The notes beneath the pieces are model-generated. The model saw only the letters and a program-made list of their open reading frames with translations. It was not told where the DNA came from and did not search any database. This document shows, in pieces, positions 1 through 8,200 of a DNA stretch of 64,000 bases. This DNA is from Candidatus Pacebacteria bacterium CG2_30_36_39. Lineage in GTDB: Bacteria; Patescibacteriota; Microgenomatia; UBA1400; PJMF01. The position numbers were made by a program, and so were the translations under genes. The stretch covers positions 307,004 through 371,003 of the forward strand of contig MNZB01000004.1 in assembly GCA_001873435.1 (NCBI GenBank), in the 5' to 3' direction. Numbering within the stretch: the stretch's first letter is position 1; every line of letters starts with the position of its first letter.

Positions 1-545
1 TTATCCAAATAAATGACTCTAAACTCTTCTCTAGCTCTAAATAAATCTGATTCTATAGATTTGACGGTTCTATCTAATAAAATTGAGATCTCTTTTACCC
101 TCATCTTATCTATGTATTTCAATAAAAGAAGTTCTCGATATTCCTTTTTCATTTCTGATAAAACAGAGTTGACTAATTTAGTGACATCCTCAGAACCATG
201 AAGTGGCTTTTGTAAAATTTCTTCAAACAGTGGAATTGTTTGCAAAGCCTTTTTAGCATATTTTTTACGATAAAAATCTGCTATTTCATGATGCAAAATA
301 CTAGTCATCCAAGTTTTTAAACTCGATTCTCCTCTAAAAAGAGGTAATTGACGCAAAGCATTGATAAACATTTCTTGAACTAGTTCTTCAGCGTCATTTG
401 TATTGGAGATTTTTTTTAGAGTTAAATTATAAAAATATGAAAAAAAATGGTTATACCAAGTTTTTACTGCATGCTTATCACCACCACGAAGCTTTATTAA
501 TAATTCTTTCTCCTCATCGCTAGTAAATGCTTGACTTATCCTCAT
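1..545 (-). CDS. RNA polymerase sigma factor, sigma-70/ECF family. The 3' end runs off the window start.
   Basis: Reverse-strand translation from the ATG at 545 gives MRISQAFTSDEEKELLIKLRGGDKHAVKTWYNHFFSYFYNLTLKKISNTNDAEELVQEMFINA..., a sigma region-2-like helix, then ...YRELLLLKYIDKMRVKEISILLDRTVKSIESDLFRAR..., a region-4 HTH. The frame is open to position 1. Confidence 0.75.
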   Translation of the reverse strand, partial: MRISQAFTSDEEKELLIKLRGGDKHAVKTWYNHFFSYFYNLTLKKISNTNDAEELVQEMFINALRQLPLFRGESSLKTWMTSILHHEIADFYRKKYAKKALQTIPLFEEILQKPLHGSEDVTKLVNSVLSEMKKEYRELLLLKYIDKMRVKEISILLDRTVKSIESDLFRAREEFRVIYLD

Positions 546-571
546 ACTTTTACTGATATAATACCATCGAC

Positions 572-904
572 ATGATTTATTCACTTCTTGCACAAAATGG
601 TGGTTCAGGTCTTGATCTAGGCTCAACCCTAACACTTCGAGGTGGAACCCCCGTTAAAGATATTTACAAAACACCAGGAGATTTGGTTAACCTAATTGTT
701 CCAAATATGTTTGTATTGGGAGGAATTGCTGTTTTTGCCATGATGTTGCTTGCTGGTTTTAAATTTATTAGTAACACATCCAAGGGCAAAGAAGAGTCGC
801 TGGTTATTTTTAAAAACGCTGTCATTGGTTTTTCTGTCATGTTTTGTGCTTACTGGGTAGTTCAGGTTATTAAACTTGTAACAGGAGCTGATATTCCTTT
901 ATAA
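572..904 (+). CDS. Small two-helix membrane protein, paralog 1 of a tandem VirB2/TrbC-like pilin family. It has no obvious signal peptide.
   Basis: 110 aa. Hydrophobic helix MFVLGGIAVFAMMLLAGFKFI, charged loop SNTSKGKEESLVIFKN, second helix AVIGFSVMFCAYWVV. The N-terminus LLAQN..DLG resembles paralog 3. Confidence 0.45.
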   Translation: MIYSLLAQNGGSGLDLGSTLTLRGGTPVKDIYKTPGDLVNLIVPNMFVLGGIAVFAMMLLAGFKFISNTSKGKEESLVIFKNAVIGFSVMFCAYWVVQVIKLVTGADIPL

Positions 905-924
905 AATCATATAAAAGTAATACA

Positions 925-1389
925 ATGCCAAATAGAAAAATGAATAAATTAACCAAAATATTATTAACAACACCAGTTTTTTTAAGTTTAGCTCGTTTTT
1001 CTAATGTTTTTGCCGTTTCACCAGTCCCATCATCTGGCGCTGGTTCAAATGTTTTTGGTACCATCAAAGCTCCAGCTGGAGTAGCAAAATATAATGCTGC
1101 CAGTGGGGGTGGAATTGGCATAATCTTATTTGTTTCCAACGGAATTCGTATTGTCACTGTTGTTGCTGGCGTATGGGTTATGCTCAACTTTATTTTGGCA
1201 GGATGGAAATACATTACATCTAGTGGAGACACCAAAGCCCACACAGAGGCTTCTTCAATGATGACTAATAGTGTTATGGGTTTGGCAATAATAGTTGGCT
1301 CCTATACTGTTGCTGCAATTTTTGGCCTGATTTTCTTTGGCGATGCCACATACATTCTCAATCCGAAATTAGAAGGTGTAGGAATTTAA
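925..1389 (+). CDS. VirB2/TrbC-like pilin-family membrane protein, paralog 2, with a signal peptide.
   Basis: 154 aa. N-terminal signal peptide MNKLTKILLTTPVFLSLARFSNVFA, then TM1-loop-TM2: WKYITSSGDTKAHTEASSMMTNSVMGLAIIVGSY. Confidence 0.5.
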   Translation: MPNRKMNKLTKILLTTPVFLSLARFSNVFAVSPVPSSGAGSNVFGTIKAPAGVAKYNAASGGGIGIILFVSNGIRIVTVVAGVWVMLNFILAGWKYITSSGDTKAHTEASSMMTNSVMGLAIIVGSYTVAAIFGLIFFGDATYILNPKLEGVGI

Positions 1390-1390
1390 T

Positions 1391-1792
1391 ATGTTATCAA
1401 TTTTGTCTTTAATCGCTCAAAACAACACCATTGATCTTGGAGGTTTTACCCCACCAACAGATGCTTATAGTAAAGGCTCTGGTAGTTCTGCCAATGGAGC
1501 TCAAGCGCTTAAAAACCTCGAGCTTTTCATTTCCAACATCATTGGCTTTATGACTGCTCTTGGTGGAATTTTCTTTGTTATTTATTTCGTGTTAGGAGCA
1601 TTTGAATGGATTAGTAGTGGTGGAGACAAAGGCAAAGTAGAAAAAGCTCGCAACCGAATGATGAATGGTGCCATTGGCTTGGTTTTAATGGTAGCTGCCT
1701 ACGGAATCATTGGTTTACTTGGCAGCTTTGTTGGTCTAGATTTACTCAACCCAGCTGAACAAATTAATCAAATATATAGCACTATTAAATAA
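1391..1792 (+). CDS. VirB2/TrbC-like pilin-family membrane protein, paralog 3.
   Basis: 133 aa. Core FEWISSGGDKGKVEKARNRMMNGAIGLVLMVAAY shared with paralogs 4-6. Tightly packed, 1 nt after paralog 2. Confidence 0.5.
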   Translation: MLSILSLIAQNNTIDLGGFTPPTDAYSKGSGSSANGAQALKNLELFISNIIGFMTALGGIFFVIYFVLGAFEWISSGGDKGKVEKARNRMMNGAIGLVLMVAAYGIIGLLGSFVGLDLLNPAEQINQIYSTIK

Positions 1793-1794
1793 AC

Positions 1795-2202
1795 ATGAAA
1801 AAATTAACCACTTCAATTTTAGCCGTTATCGCTGGATTATTACTCTCAACTGGTAATACTTATGCTGAATTAACAAACCCAGTTATTGGTGATTCTCTTG
1901 GTAGTGATGCAGACAAGGCAAATGAAGGTACTACTTTTGCTGAATACTTTATTTTCTTTTGGAATGCTTTGATAAGTATTGGTGCCATCATGGTACTTAT
2001 TTTCTTCATTTGGGGGGCATTGGAATGGATTAGTAGTGGTGGAGACAAAGGCAAAGTAGAAAATGCTCGCAACCGAATTACTCAAGCTTTTATTGGTCTA
2101 GTTGTCTTAGTTGGTTCTTATGTAATTATTGGTTTTGTAAGTGAAATCTTCTTTGGCGAATCATTTAACGTCTTACAAATTAATATTCCAGAGCCAAAAT
2201 AA
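1795..2202 (+). CDS. VirB2/TrbC-like pilin-family membrane protein, paralog 4, with a signal peptide.
   Basis: 135 aa. Signal MKKLTTSILAVIAGLLLSTGNTYA; core LEWISSGGDKGKVENARNRITQAFIGLVVLVGSY. Confidence 0.5.
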   Translation: MKKLTTSILAVIAGLLLSTGNTYAELTNPVIGDSLGSDADKANEGTTFAEYFIFFWNALISIGAIMVLIFFIWGALEWISSGGDKGKVENARNRITQAFIGLVVLVGSYVIIGFVSEIFFGESFNVLQINIPEPK

Positions 2203-2203
2203 T

Positions 2204-2551
2204 ATGTCACAAAAACTCATTGCCGCTACTCTAGATCTTGCTAAATCAGCCAGCCAAGGGAACCTCCCTGGAGCTGGTAGTTCTGACCCTCAAAAAGGAT
2301 TTGGAGATTTTTTAAGTGGTCTAATGGGTGGAATTATGGTTTTGGCGGCAATCATGGTTTTGCTTTTTCTCATTTGGGGAGCAATTGATTGGATTACTAG
2401 CGCTGGTGACAAAGGAAAACTCGAAGCTGCTCGCAACAAAATCACTAATTCTCTTATCGGATTAGTTGTCTTAGCAGCTACTACAGCCATATTTATGTTG
2501 ATTCAAAGTTTGCTAGGTATTTGTGTTTTAAGCTTTGGAAACGGCTGTTAA
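2204..2551 (+). CDS. VirB2/TrbC-like pilin-family membrane protein, paralog 5.
   Basis: Track ORF 2141..2551 overlaps paralog 4. The likely start is the Met of MSQKLIAAT at 2204. Core IDWITSAGDKGKLEAARNKITNSLIGLVVLAAT. Confidence 0.45.
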   Translation: MSQKLIAATLDLAKSASQGNLPGAGSSDPQKGFGDFLSGLMGGIMVLAAIMVLLFLIWGAIDWITSAGDKGKLEAARNKITNSLIGLVVLAATTAIFMLIQSLLGICVLSFGNGC

Positions 2552-2564
2552 AAAAAACGTTTTT

Positions 2565-2593
2565 GACGTAGGACAGCAAAACTTGATACAATA
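2565..2593 (+). promoter_or_regulatory. Sigma-70-like promoter upstream of paralog 6.
   Basis: TTGACG at 2565-2570, a 17-nt spacer, then TACAAT at 2588-2593. Confidence 0.4.
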
Positions 2594-2645
2594 ACAAAGA
2601 ATTTAGGTTTAATAGTAAAAAAAGTAAACGTAAAAAAAGGAAAAT

Positions 2646-3050
2646 ATGAACAAAGTTCAAAAATTCGCCATTTCTACAGGAATGACCTTAAGCGGCTTAG
2701 CTTCTGCTGTTATGCCTGTTGCTGCTGCTACAAAAATTACTGACACCAACGTCGACCCTGGAAAAGGTTTTGCTACCGATTTTGGTGGCTTAATTAATGG
2801 TGTCTTGAGTTTTGTAATGGTAATTGCCGCTCTTTTAGTATTCTTGTACCTCATTTGGGGTGGTATTGAATGGATTACAAGTGGTGGCGATAAGGGTAAA
2901 ACAGAATCTGCTCGCAACAAAATCACTTCAGCCATTATTGGTTTGGTGGTCGTAGCTGCTTCTTACGCAATTCTCACTCTAGCCCTCAACTTCTTAGGCT
3001 TCACTGACCTCAATGATGTCTTCACAACCAGAAGTATTCAAGGTAAATAA
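2646..3050 (+). CDS. VirB2/TrbC-like pilin-family membrane protein, paralog 6, with a signal peptide.
   Basis: 134 aa. Signal ...GLASAVMPVAAA; core IEWITSGGDKGKTESARNKITSAIIGLVVVAASY. Confidence 0.5.
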   Translation: MNKVQKFAISTGMTLSGLASAVMPVAAATKITDTNVDPGKGFATDFGGLINGVLSFVMVIAALLVFLYLIWGGIEWITSGGDKGKTESARNKITSAIIGLVVVAASYAILTLALNFLGFTDLNDVFTTRSIQGK

Positions 3051-3069
3051 TCTCTCAATTTTGAGCATT

Positions 3070-3099
3070 AAAACCCCGTCGCAAGGCGGGGTTTTTGGT
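3070..3099 (+). terminator. Rho-independent terminator.
   Basis: AAAACCCCGUC-GCAA-GGCGGGGUUUUU: a 7-bp GC stem with a GCAA tetraloop and a U-run. Confidence 0.7.
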
Positions 3100-3123
3100 T
3101 ATATTCTCCAAAAGCATTAAGCC

Positions 3124-3567
3124 ATGTATAATGATCAAATCATGCCTTTAAGCAATTCACTTAAAAAAACTGTTAAAACCATCTCTAGCTCAATACTAAT
3201 GTTTTTCTTAGCTTTTTCCCCAGCCAATGCCCAAACACAAGCTTGGACTGGAGTTTGTGTCAGCACCAGAGATGAAACAGTCGCAACAATACAAGGTTTT
3301 CAATGTTTGTTGGCAAATGTTTTGAGTGGTTTTTTAACCCTAGTGGGAATGGCTGGTTTCATCACCCTAATCGTTGCTGGTATAAGAATTTTATTATCTG
3401 GTGGTAATAGTCAGGCATTAGAAAAATCAAAAAGTTCAATTACCTTTGCAATTCTTGGTTTAATTGTAGCTCTAAGTGCCTTTATGATTCTAAATTTGGT
3501 AGCAGAATTTACTGGTGTTAAAACCATTTTAAATTTTGTAATTCCAGACTCAAACCATCAGTGGTAA
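3124..3567 (+). CDS. VirB2/TrbC-like pilin-family membrane protein, paralog 7, divergent.
   Basis: 147 aa. Signal-like N-terminus, two hydrophobic helices flanking the loop LLSGGNSQALEKSKSS. A possible alternative start is at MPLSNSL (3142). Confidence 0.4.
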   Translation: MYNDQIMPLSNSLKKTVKTISSSILMFFLAFSPANAQTQAWTGVCVSTRDETVATIQGFQCLLANVLSGFLTLVGMAGFITLIVAGIRILLSGGNSQALEKSKSSITFAILGLIVALSAFMILNLVAEFTGVKTILNFVIPDSNHQW

Positions 3568-3573
3568 TAGCAT

Positions 3574-4296
3574 CTACTTACCAAAACGTCTTTTTCTATT
3601 ATTAAATTCTTCAATTGCTAAAGCAAATTCTTCTTCATCGAAATCTGGCATTAATACTTTGGGAAAATATAGTTCTGAATAGCAGTTCTGCCATAATAAA
3701 AATCCAGATAACCTCTGCTCTCCTCCTGGTCGAATAATCAACTCTGGATCTGGAATATTGGCAGTATCTAAAAATTTAGCAAACTCATCCTGGGTCATTT
3801 TTTTAATTTCAGTAGAATTTAACTTAGTATTTTTCATTATTTTCTCCACGACCCTTAGAATCTCATCTCTCCCCCCATAATTTAAAGCAAATTGAACGGT
3901 TAAATTTTTATTCTCTTTGGTTTTTTCCTTCCATTCGGCAATACTATCTTGGATGTCTTGATCAAAACGAGTTAAATCTCCAATAGTAGTAATTTTAACT
4001 CCCAATTCATCTAGTTCTTTGGCTTGAACTTTAAACAGTTCGCGAAACAACGACATTAAAGCAGCAATTTCTTTTGGATCTCTATTCCAATTCTCAGTAC
4101 TAAATGCCCAGAGGGTTAAATATTCAACTTTCCAATCAATGGCTGACTTAACTACTTTTTTAATTCCTTCTCTTGCCATTTTTTGATGTCCAACCACAGC
4201 CTCAAGTCCCCTTTCTCTAGCCCAACGACGATTTCCATCCATCACTATAGCTATATGACGAGGAACTTGGAGATTTTTATTAATTCCTTGAGGCAT
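3574..4296 (-). CDS. uppS: Undecaprenyl-diphosphate synthase (di-trans,poly-cis isoprenyl transferase).
   Basis: 240 aa. HIAIVMDGNRRWARERG and WAFSTENWNR motifs typical of the UPP synthase family. Confidence 0.9.
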   Translation of the reverse strand: MPQGINKNLQVPRHIAIVMDGNRRWARERGLEAVVGHQKMAREGIKKVVKSAIDWKVEYLTLWAFSTENWNRDPKEIAALMSLFRELFKVQAKELDELGVKITTIGDLTRFDQDIQDSIAEWKEKTKENKNLTVQFALNYGGRDEILRVVEKIMKNTKLNSTEIKKMTQDEFAKFLDTANIPDPELIIRPGGEQRLSGFLLWQNCYSELYFPKVLMPDFDEEEFALAIEEFNNRKRRFGK

Positions 4297-4377
4297 TTAT
4301 TCCTTTGTTTGTTTATTAAATAAAGACAACAAAGTCTTAGTCGTAAAAAAACAATAAATCATTCTCCAGAGTAAATC

Positions 4378-6612
4378 GTGATACAATTCTTCCTATCTAT
4401 GGACAGCCACTATGATCACATTTCAACTGAACCCAAGCTTTATGAAACCTGGGAAAAGTCTGGTGCTTTCTCACCAAAAAAAACTGATAAATCAGCAAAA
4501 ACATTCACTATAATGATGCCTCCTCCTAATGCCAATGATCCGCTGCATATAGGACACGCAATGTTTTTAACCGTCGAAGACATTCTAATTCGCTATCATC
4601 GCATGTTGGGTGACATAACTCTTTGGTTGCCAGGAACAGATCATGCTGGAATTGAGACGCAATTTGTTTTTGAAAAAAAACTTAAGAAAAAAAATCAGAG
4701 TAGATTTGAATTTGATCGAGAGACTCTTTACAAAATGATTTGGGATTATGTTCAAGAAAATTCTTCCGTAGCTGTCGAACAAATGAAAAAAATTGGTGCT
4801 AGTGCAGATTGGACTAGATTTACTTTTATGCTTGATGAAAAGGTTGTTAAGCAAGTTCTAGCTAGTTTCATCAAGCTCCATCAAGATTCTTTGCTATATA
4901 GAGACGAACAGCTGGTTAATTACTGTACTCAATGTGGAACTAGTTTTTCTGATCTGGAAGTAGTGTATGTTGACCAAAATTCACCACTTTATTACGTAAA
5001 ATATCCTTTGGTAGAAAATCCACGGGAATTTATAACTGTTGCTACAGTTAGACCAGAACCTATTTTTGCAGACACTCACCTAGCAGTTAACCCAGATGAT
5101 AAAAAACATAATTATTTAATTGGCAAAAAAGTTTTAAATCCCCTTACAAATGAAGAAATGGAAATTATTGCCGATGAATTTGTTGATCCAGAATTTGGAA
5201 CTGGTATTGTTAAACTAACTCCAGCCCATGATGCTAATGATTTTCAGGTGGCCAAAAAACACAATCTACCAATACATCAAGCTATAAACCTTGAGGGAAA
5301 AATAACTGCCAAAGGTGGAAAATATGCTGGTTTAAGAGTTAAAGCTGCAAGAGAAAGTGTTGTTAATGATCTACAAGAAAAAGGCTTAATAGAAAAAATT
5401 GATGATAAATATAACAATAGAGTGGCTGTTTGTTATCGCTGTCAAAAACCAATAGAACCATTATTGCTCCCACAGTTTTTTGTAAAAGTTAAACCCCTTG
5501 TTGAGCCAATTTTAAATGACTTAAAAAATGAAAAGTTTCATGTTTATGGAGCTGGACATGACAAAATCCTTAAACACTGGTTGGAAAACTTAAGAGACTG
5601 GAATATTTCTCGCCAAATTGTTTGGGGAATAAGAATTCCAGTTTGGTATTCAGTAACAGAAAATCCAGACATTGTGGTTAGTTTTCTAACAACAGATAAA
5701 AATAAAATAACTGGAAACATCAAAAGTGTTTTAGAACAAGGATTTACTGTTGAACAAATAAATAATGGCTTACAAGAATTAAGAGCTCCTATTCAAGCAA
5801 ATTTTGTTGTCAGCACCTCTAGCCCTGGTGTTGATTATTTACAAGAAACAGATACTTTTGACACTTGGTTTAGCTCTGCTCAATGGCCTTTTACAACTCT
5901 AAAAAAGAACGGAGATGAGGACTTTAAACAATTCTATCCCACCCAAGTGATGGAAACAGGATACGACATTCTCCCCTTCTGGGTTATGCGCATGCTCATG
6001 ATGGGAAAATATATTACTGGTGAACTGCCTTTTTCCAATATTTATCTCCATGGACTTGTTAGAGACCAAAAAGGACAGAAGATGAGTAAGAGTAAGGGAA
6101 ATGTGGTCAATCCCCTAGTTATAGCCGAAAAATATGGATCTGACGCTCTTAGAATGGCTCTAGTAATTCGTTCGTCAGCCGGTTTAGACAAATCAGTTGG
6201 AGAACCAGACTTTAAAGCTATGCGTAATTTCTCCAACAAGCTTTGGAATGCATCAAGATTTGTTCTTGAACATTTAGATCTTTCTCAAGAAGGAGATGTT
6301 AAAACAAACGAAAATTTCATTAATAAACTAAATGAAATTTCTAAAACTATTACTAAAAATTTAAATAACTTTCAAATTGGTTTGGCTGCAGAAACTAGCT
6401 ATAACGAATTTTGGCATTGGTTTTGTGATGAACAAATAGAAATTACTAAAACAGGAAAACTTGGGGGCAAAGAGCTTTTACATGGATTGAAAGTTTTTAT
6501 TGCCCTACTCCACCCATTTGTGCCATTCGTAACAGAAGCAGTCTGGCAAGAAATGAGACAAAAACAATTGGTTGAAACCGATTTATTAATTACTACTTCC
6601 TGGCCTAGTTAA
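4378..6612 (+). CDS. valS: Class I aminoacyl-tRNA synthetase, most likely valyl-tRNA synthetase. It is compact at 744 aa.
   Basis: HIGH motif PLHIGHA, KMSKS motif QKMSKSKGNV, and ValRS-like FWVMRM and GLVRDQKGQKMSKS segments. The real start may be the Met at about 4399. Confidence 0.7.
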   Translation: MIQFFLSMDSHYDHISTEPKLYETWEKSGAFSPKKTDKSAKTFTIMMPPPNANDPLHIGHAMFLTVEDILIRYHRMLGDITLWLPGTDHAGIETQFVFEKKLKKKNQSRFEFDRETLYKMIWDYVQENSSVAVEQMKKIGASADWTRFTFMLDEKVVKQVLASFIKLHQDSLLYRDEQLVNYCTQCGTSFSDLEVVYVDQNSPLYYVKYPLVENPREFITVATVRPEPIFADTHLAVNPDDKKHNYLIGKKVLNPLTNEEMEIIADEFVDPEFGTGIVKLTPAHDANDFQVAKKHNLPIHQAINLEGKITAKGGKYAGLRVKAARESVVNDLQEKGLIEKIDDKYNNRVAVCYRCQKPIEPLLLPQFFVKVKPLVEPILNDLKNEKFHVYGAGHDKILKHWLENLRDWNISRQIVWGIRIPVWYSVTENPDIVVSFLTTDKNKITGNIKSVLEQGFTVEQINNGLQELRAPIQANFVVSTSSPGVDYLQETDTFDTWFSSAQWPFTTLKKNGDEDFKQFYPTQVMETGYDILPFWVMRMLMMGKYITGELPFSNIYLHGLVRDQKGQKMSKSKGNVVNPLVIAEKYGSDALRMALVIRSSAGLDKSVGEPDFKAMRNFSNKLWNASRFVLEHLDLSQEGDVKTNENFINKLNEISKTITKNLNNFQIGLAAETSYNEFWHWFCDEQIEITKTGKLGGKELLHGLKVFIALLHPFVPFVTEAVWQEMRQKQLVETDLLITTSWPS

Positions 6613-6637
6613 AACTTGGCACAATAGACTAGTATTT

Positions 6638-7096
6638 ATGTTTCAATTCATTGCTCTTAATTGGTTAATTGTTAGGCTTATTTTCTCTCTCCTGAGTATG
6701 GGTTTAGGATTGGTTCTACGGCGCTTTTTTTTACATAAAAAGTTAGCTCCAGTAAATCTAGTTCTAACTTTTGGAGTGTTTTTCTTGGTTGTTTTCACAC
6801 TATTAACCCCAAGTTTTTCACCAAAAGACCAACCAATCCCAGATAATATCTTTTTGGGGAACAATTCAAATCAATCAACTCTACGCGGCCTTTCCTTAAC
6901 TAGTTTGGAGGCAAAATATTTATTAACTAAAAATGAAGATTTTTTATTAAATAATCAAATCTTTCCTCAAGATTTACTATTAAACTTATCAAGTTTGGCT
7001 AGAATTTCTTTAGAAAACGAAAAAGCGGACCAATTCTTAGAAATGGCCCGCTATATTTCACCTAATAATGAGGTTTTTAAACCTCGTTCTGAATAG
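6638..7096 (+). CDS. Hypothetical membrane protein.
   Basis: 152 aa ORF with an N-terminal hydrophobic segment. No recognisable motif. Confidence 0.3.
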   Translation: MFQFIALNWLIVRLIFSLLSMGLGLVLRRFFLHKKLAPVNLVLTFGVFFLVVFTLLTPSFSPKDQPIPDNIFLGNNSNQSTLRGLSLTSLEAKYLLTKNEDFLLNNQIFPQDLLLNLSSLARISLENEKADQFLEMARYISPNNEVFKPRSE

Positions 7097-7098
7097 TT

Positions 7099-7752
7099 TT
7101 ATTCAGTAGCTGTTTCTTCTGCTGGTTTATCTTCTGTTGAAGCGGCTTCAGAACCTTCTGTGCCCTCTTCTACAACCTCAGCAACTTCTTCTACTTCAGC
7201 TTTTTGTTCCTGCACAATGATTAAAGGTTCATCTTCACCTTCTTCACCTAAAACCAAAGATACTTTTGAACGATCAAAGCTAAGATCTTTGTAAGTAATT
7301 GTTTGACCAATTTCTTTAAGATTCTCTGCTAAAAACACAAATTTCTCTGGTAAATCGGTTGGTAAAGCTTCAACTTCAACAGTGTCTTTAACCAAAACCA
7401 TAACTCCACCTAAAACATTAAACTCACCTTCGATTTCAACTGGAATTTCTGCACTGATTTTTTCTTTCAAACTAACTTGGTGAAAAGATACATGAACAAA
7501 TTTTCCAGATAAAGAATCTGCTTGAGCTTCTTCAATCATTACTGGGTGTTTTTCTTTATCTCCCTCTAGAGTTAAATAAATTAAACCACTTTCTCCGGCC
7601 TGATTATAAAGCTTAACAAAATCTTGTTGTTTTAGTTGTACAGCAACTGATTTTCCTTCACCATAAATGTTAGCTGGAAGAATTCCAGCTGCTCTTAATT
7701 GGTTTGGTTTTTTATCTTCTCTTGCCTGTACTGTGGCAGTAATTTGAGTCAT
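7099..7752 (-). CDS. rplY: 50S ribosomal protein L25, general stress protein Ctc form.
   Basis: MTQITATVQAREDKKPNQLRAAGILPANIYGEGKS... followed by an acidic C-terminal tail. The start was chosen at the internal Met of track ORF 7099..7803. Confidence 0.8.
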   Translation of the reverse strand: MTQITATVQAREDKKPNQLRAAGILPANIYGEGKSVAVQLKQQDFVKLYNQAGESGLIYLTLEGDKEKHPVMIEEAQADSLSGKFVHVSFHQVSLKEKISAEIPVEIEGEFNVLGGVMVLVKDTVEVEALPTDLPEKFVFLAENLKEIGQTITYKDLSFDRSKVSLVLGEEGEDEPLIIVQEQKAEVEEVAEVVEEGTEGSEAASTEDKPAEETATE

Positions 7753-8200
7753 GTTTCCCTTTCCATAAATGGATATTCTTTGTTTTTTAAACCAGGCGTA
7801 CATTGTAACACACCAGTCTAATTATTTTTTTATAGTGAAAAAACTGTATCAAACTATAAAGTGATTTGTTATATATAAAAAACCACCTATTTAATTGATA
7901 TATTCGACTTATATTGATCTTATAAACAAAAAAACACGTGAAAATATCTATATCATAATATAAACAAGTGATAAACAAATTTTTAACATTAAAAAAAATG
8001 TCTCTAGATATAGATAATATTTACCCCCAAGTTTTCCACATTAATAAATTAAAATTGTTGTGTTTTTTTATCAACATTTATATTTAAAAAAAACAATAAA
8101 AATTTAATTTATTAGTCAAGACAATCGGCTTTATATAAAAAAATGGAAAAGAATAAGCCATTATTAAATGACAAACATTAATTAGTTATTCACGAAAAAA

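Noticed and set aside
870-2935. Minus-strand ORFs (870..1244, 1860..2072, 1870..2085, 2290..2490, 2657..2935) overlapping the pilin-like gene array.
   Set aside because: They lie antisense to a coherent series of conserved plus-strand paralogs. They are short with no motifs, and are the shadow ORFs expected opposite hydrophobic-helix coding sequence.
7804-8200. 400-bp AT-rich intergenic region as a possible mobile-element scar or second origin.
   Set aside because: It has only a single DnaA-box-like 9-mer, no inverted terminal repeats and no ORF. It is most simply the promoter region of rplY and a terminator region for the DUF4012 gene.
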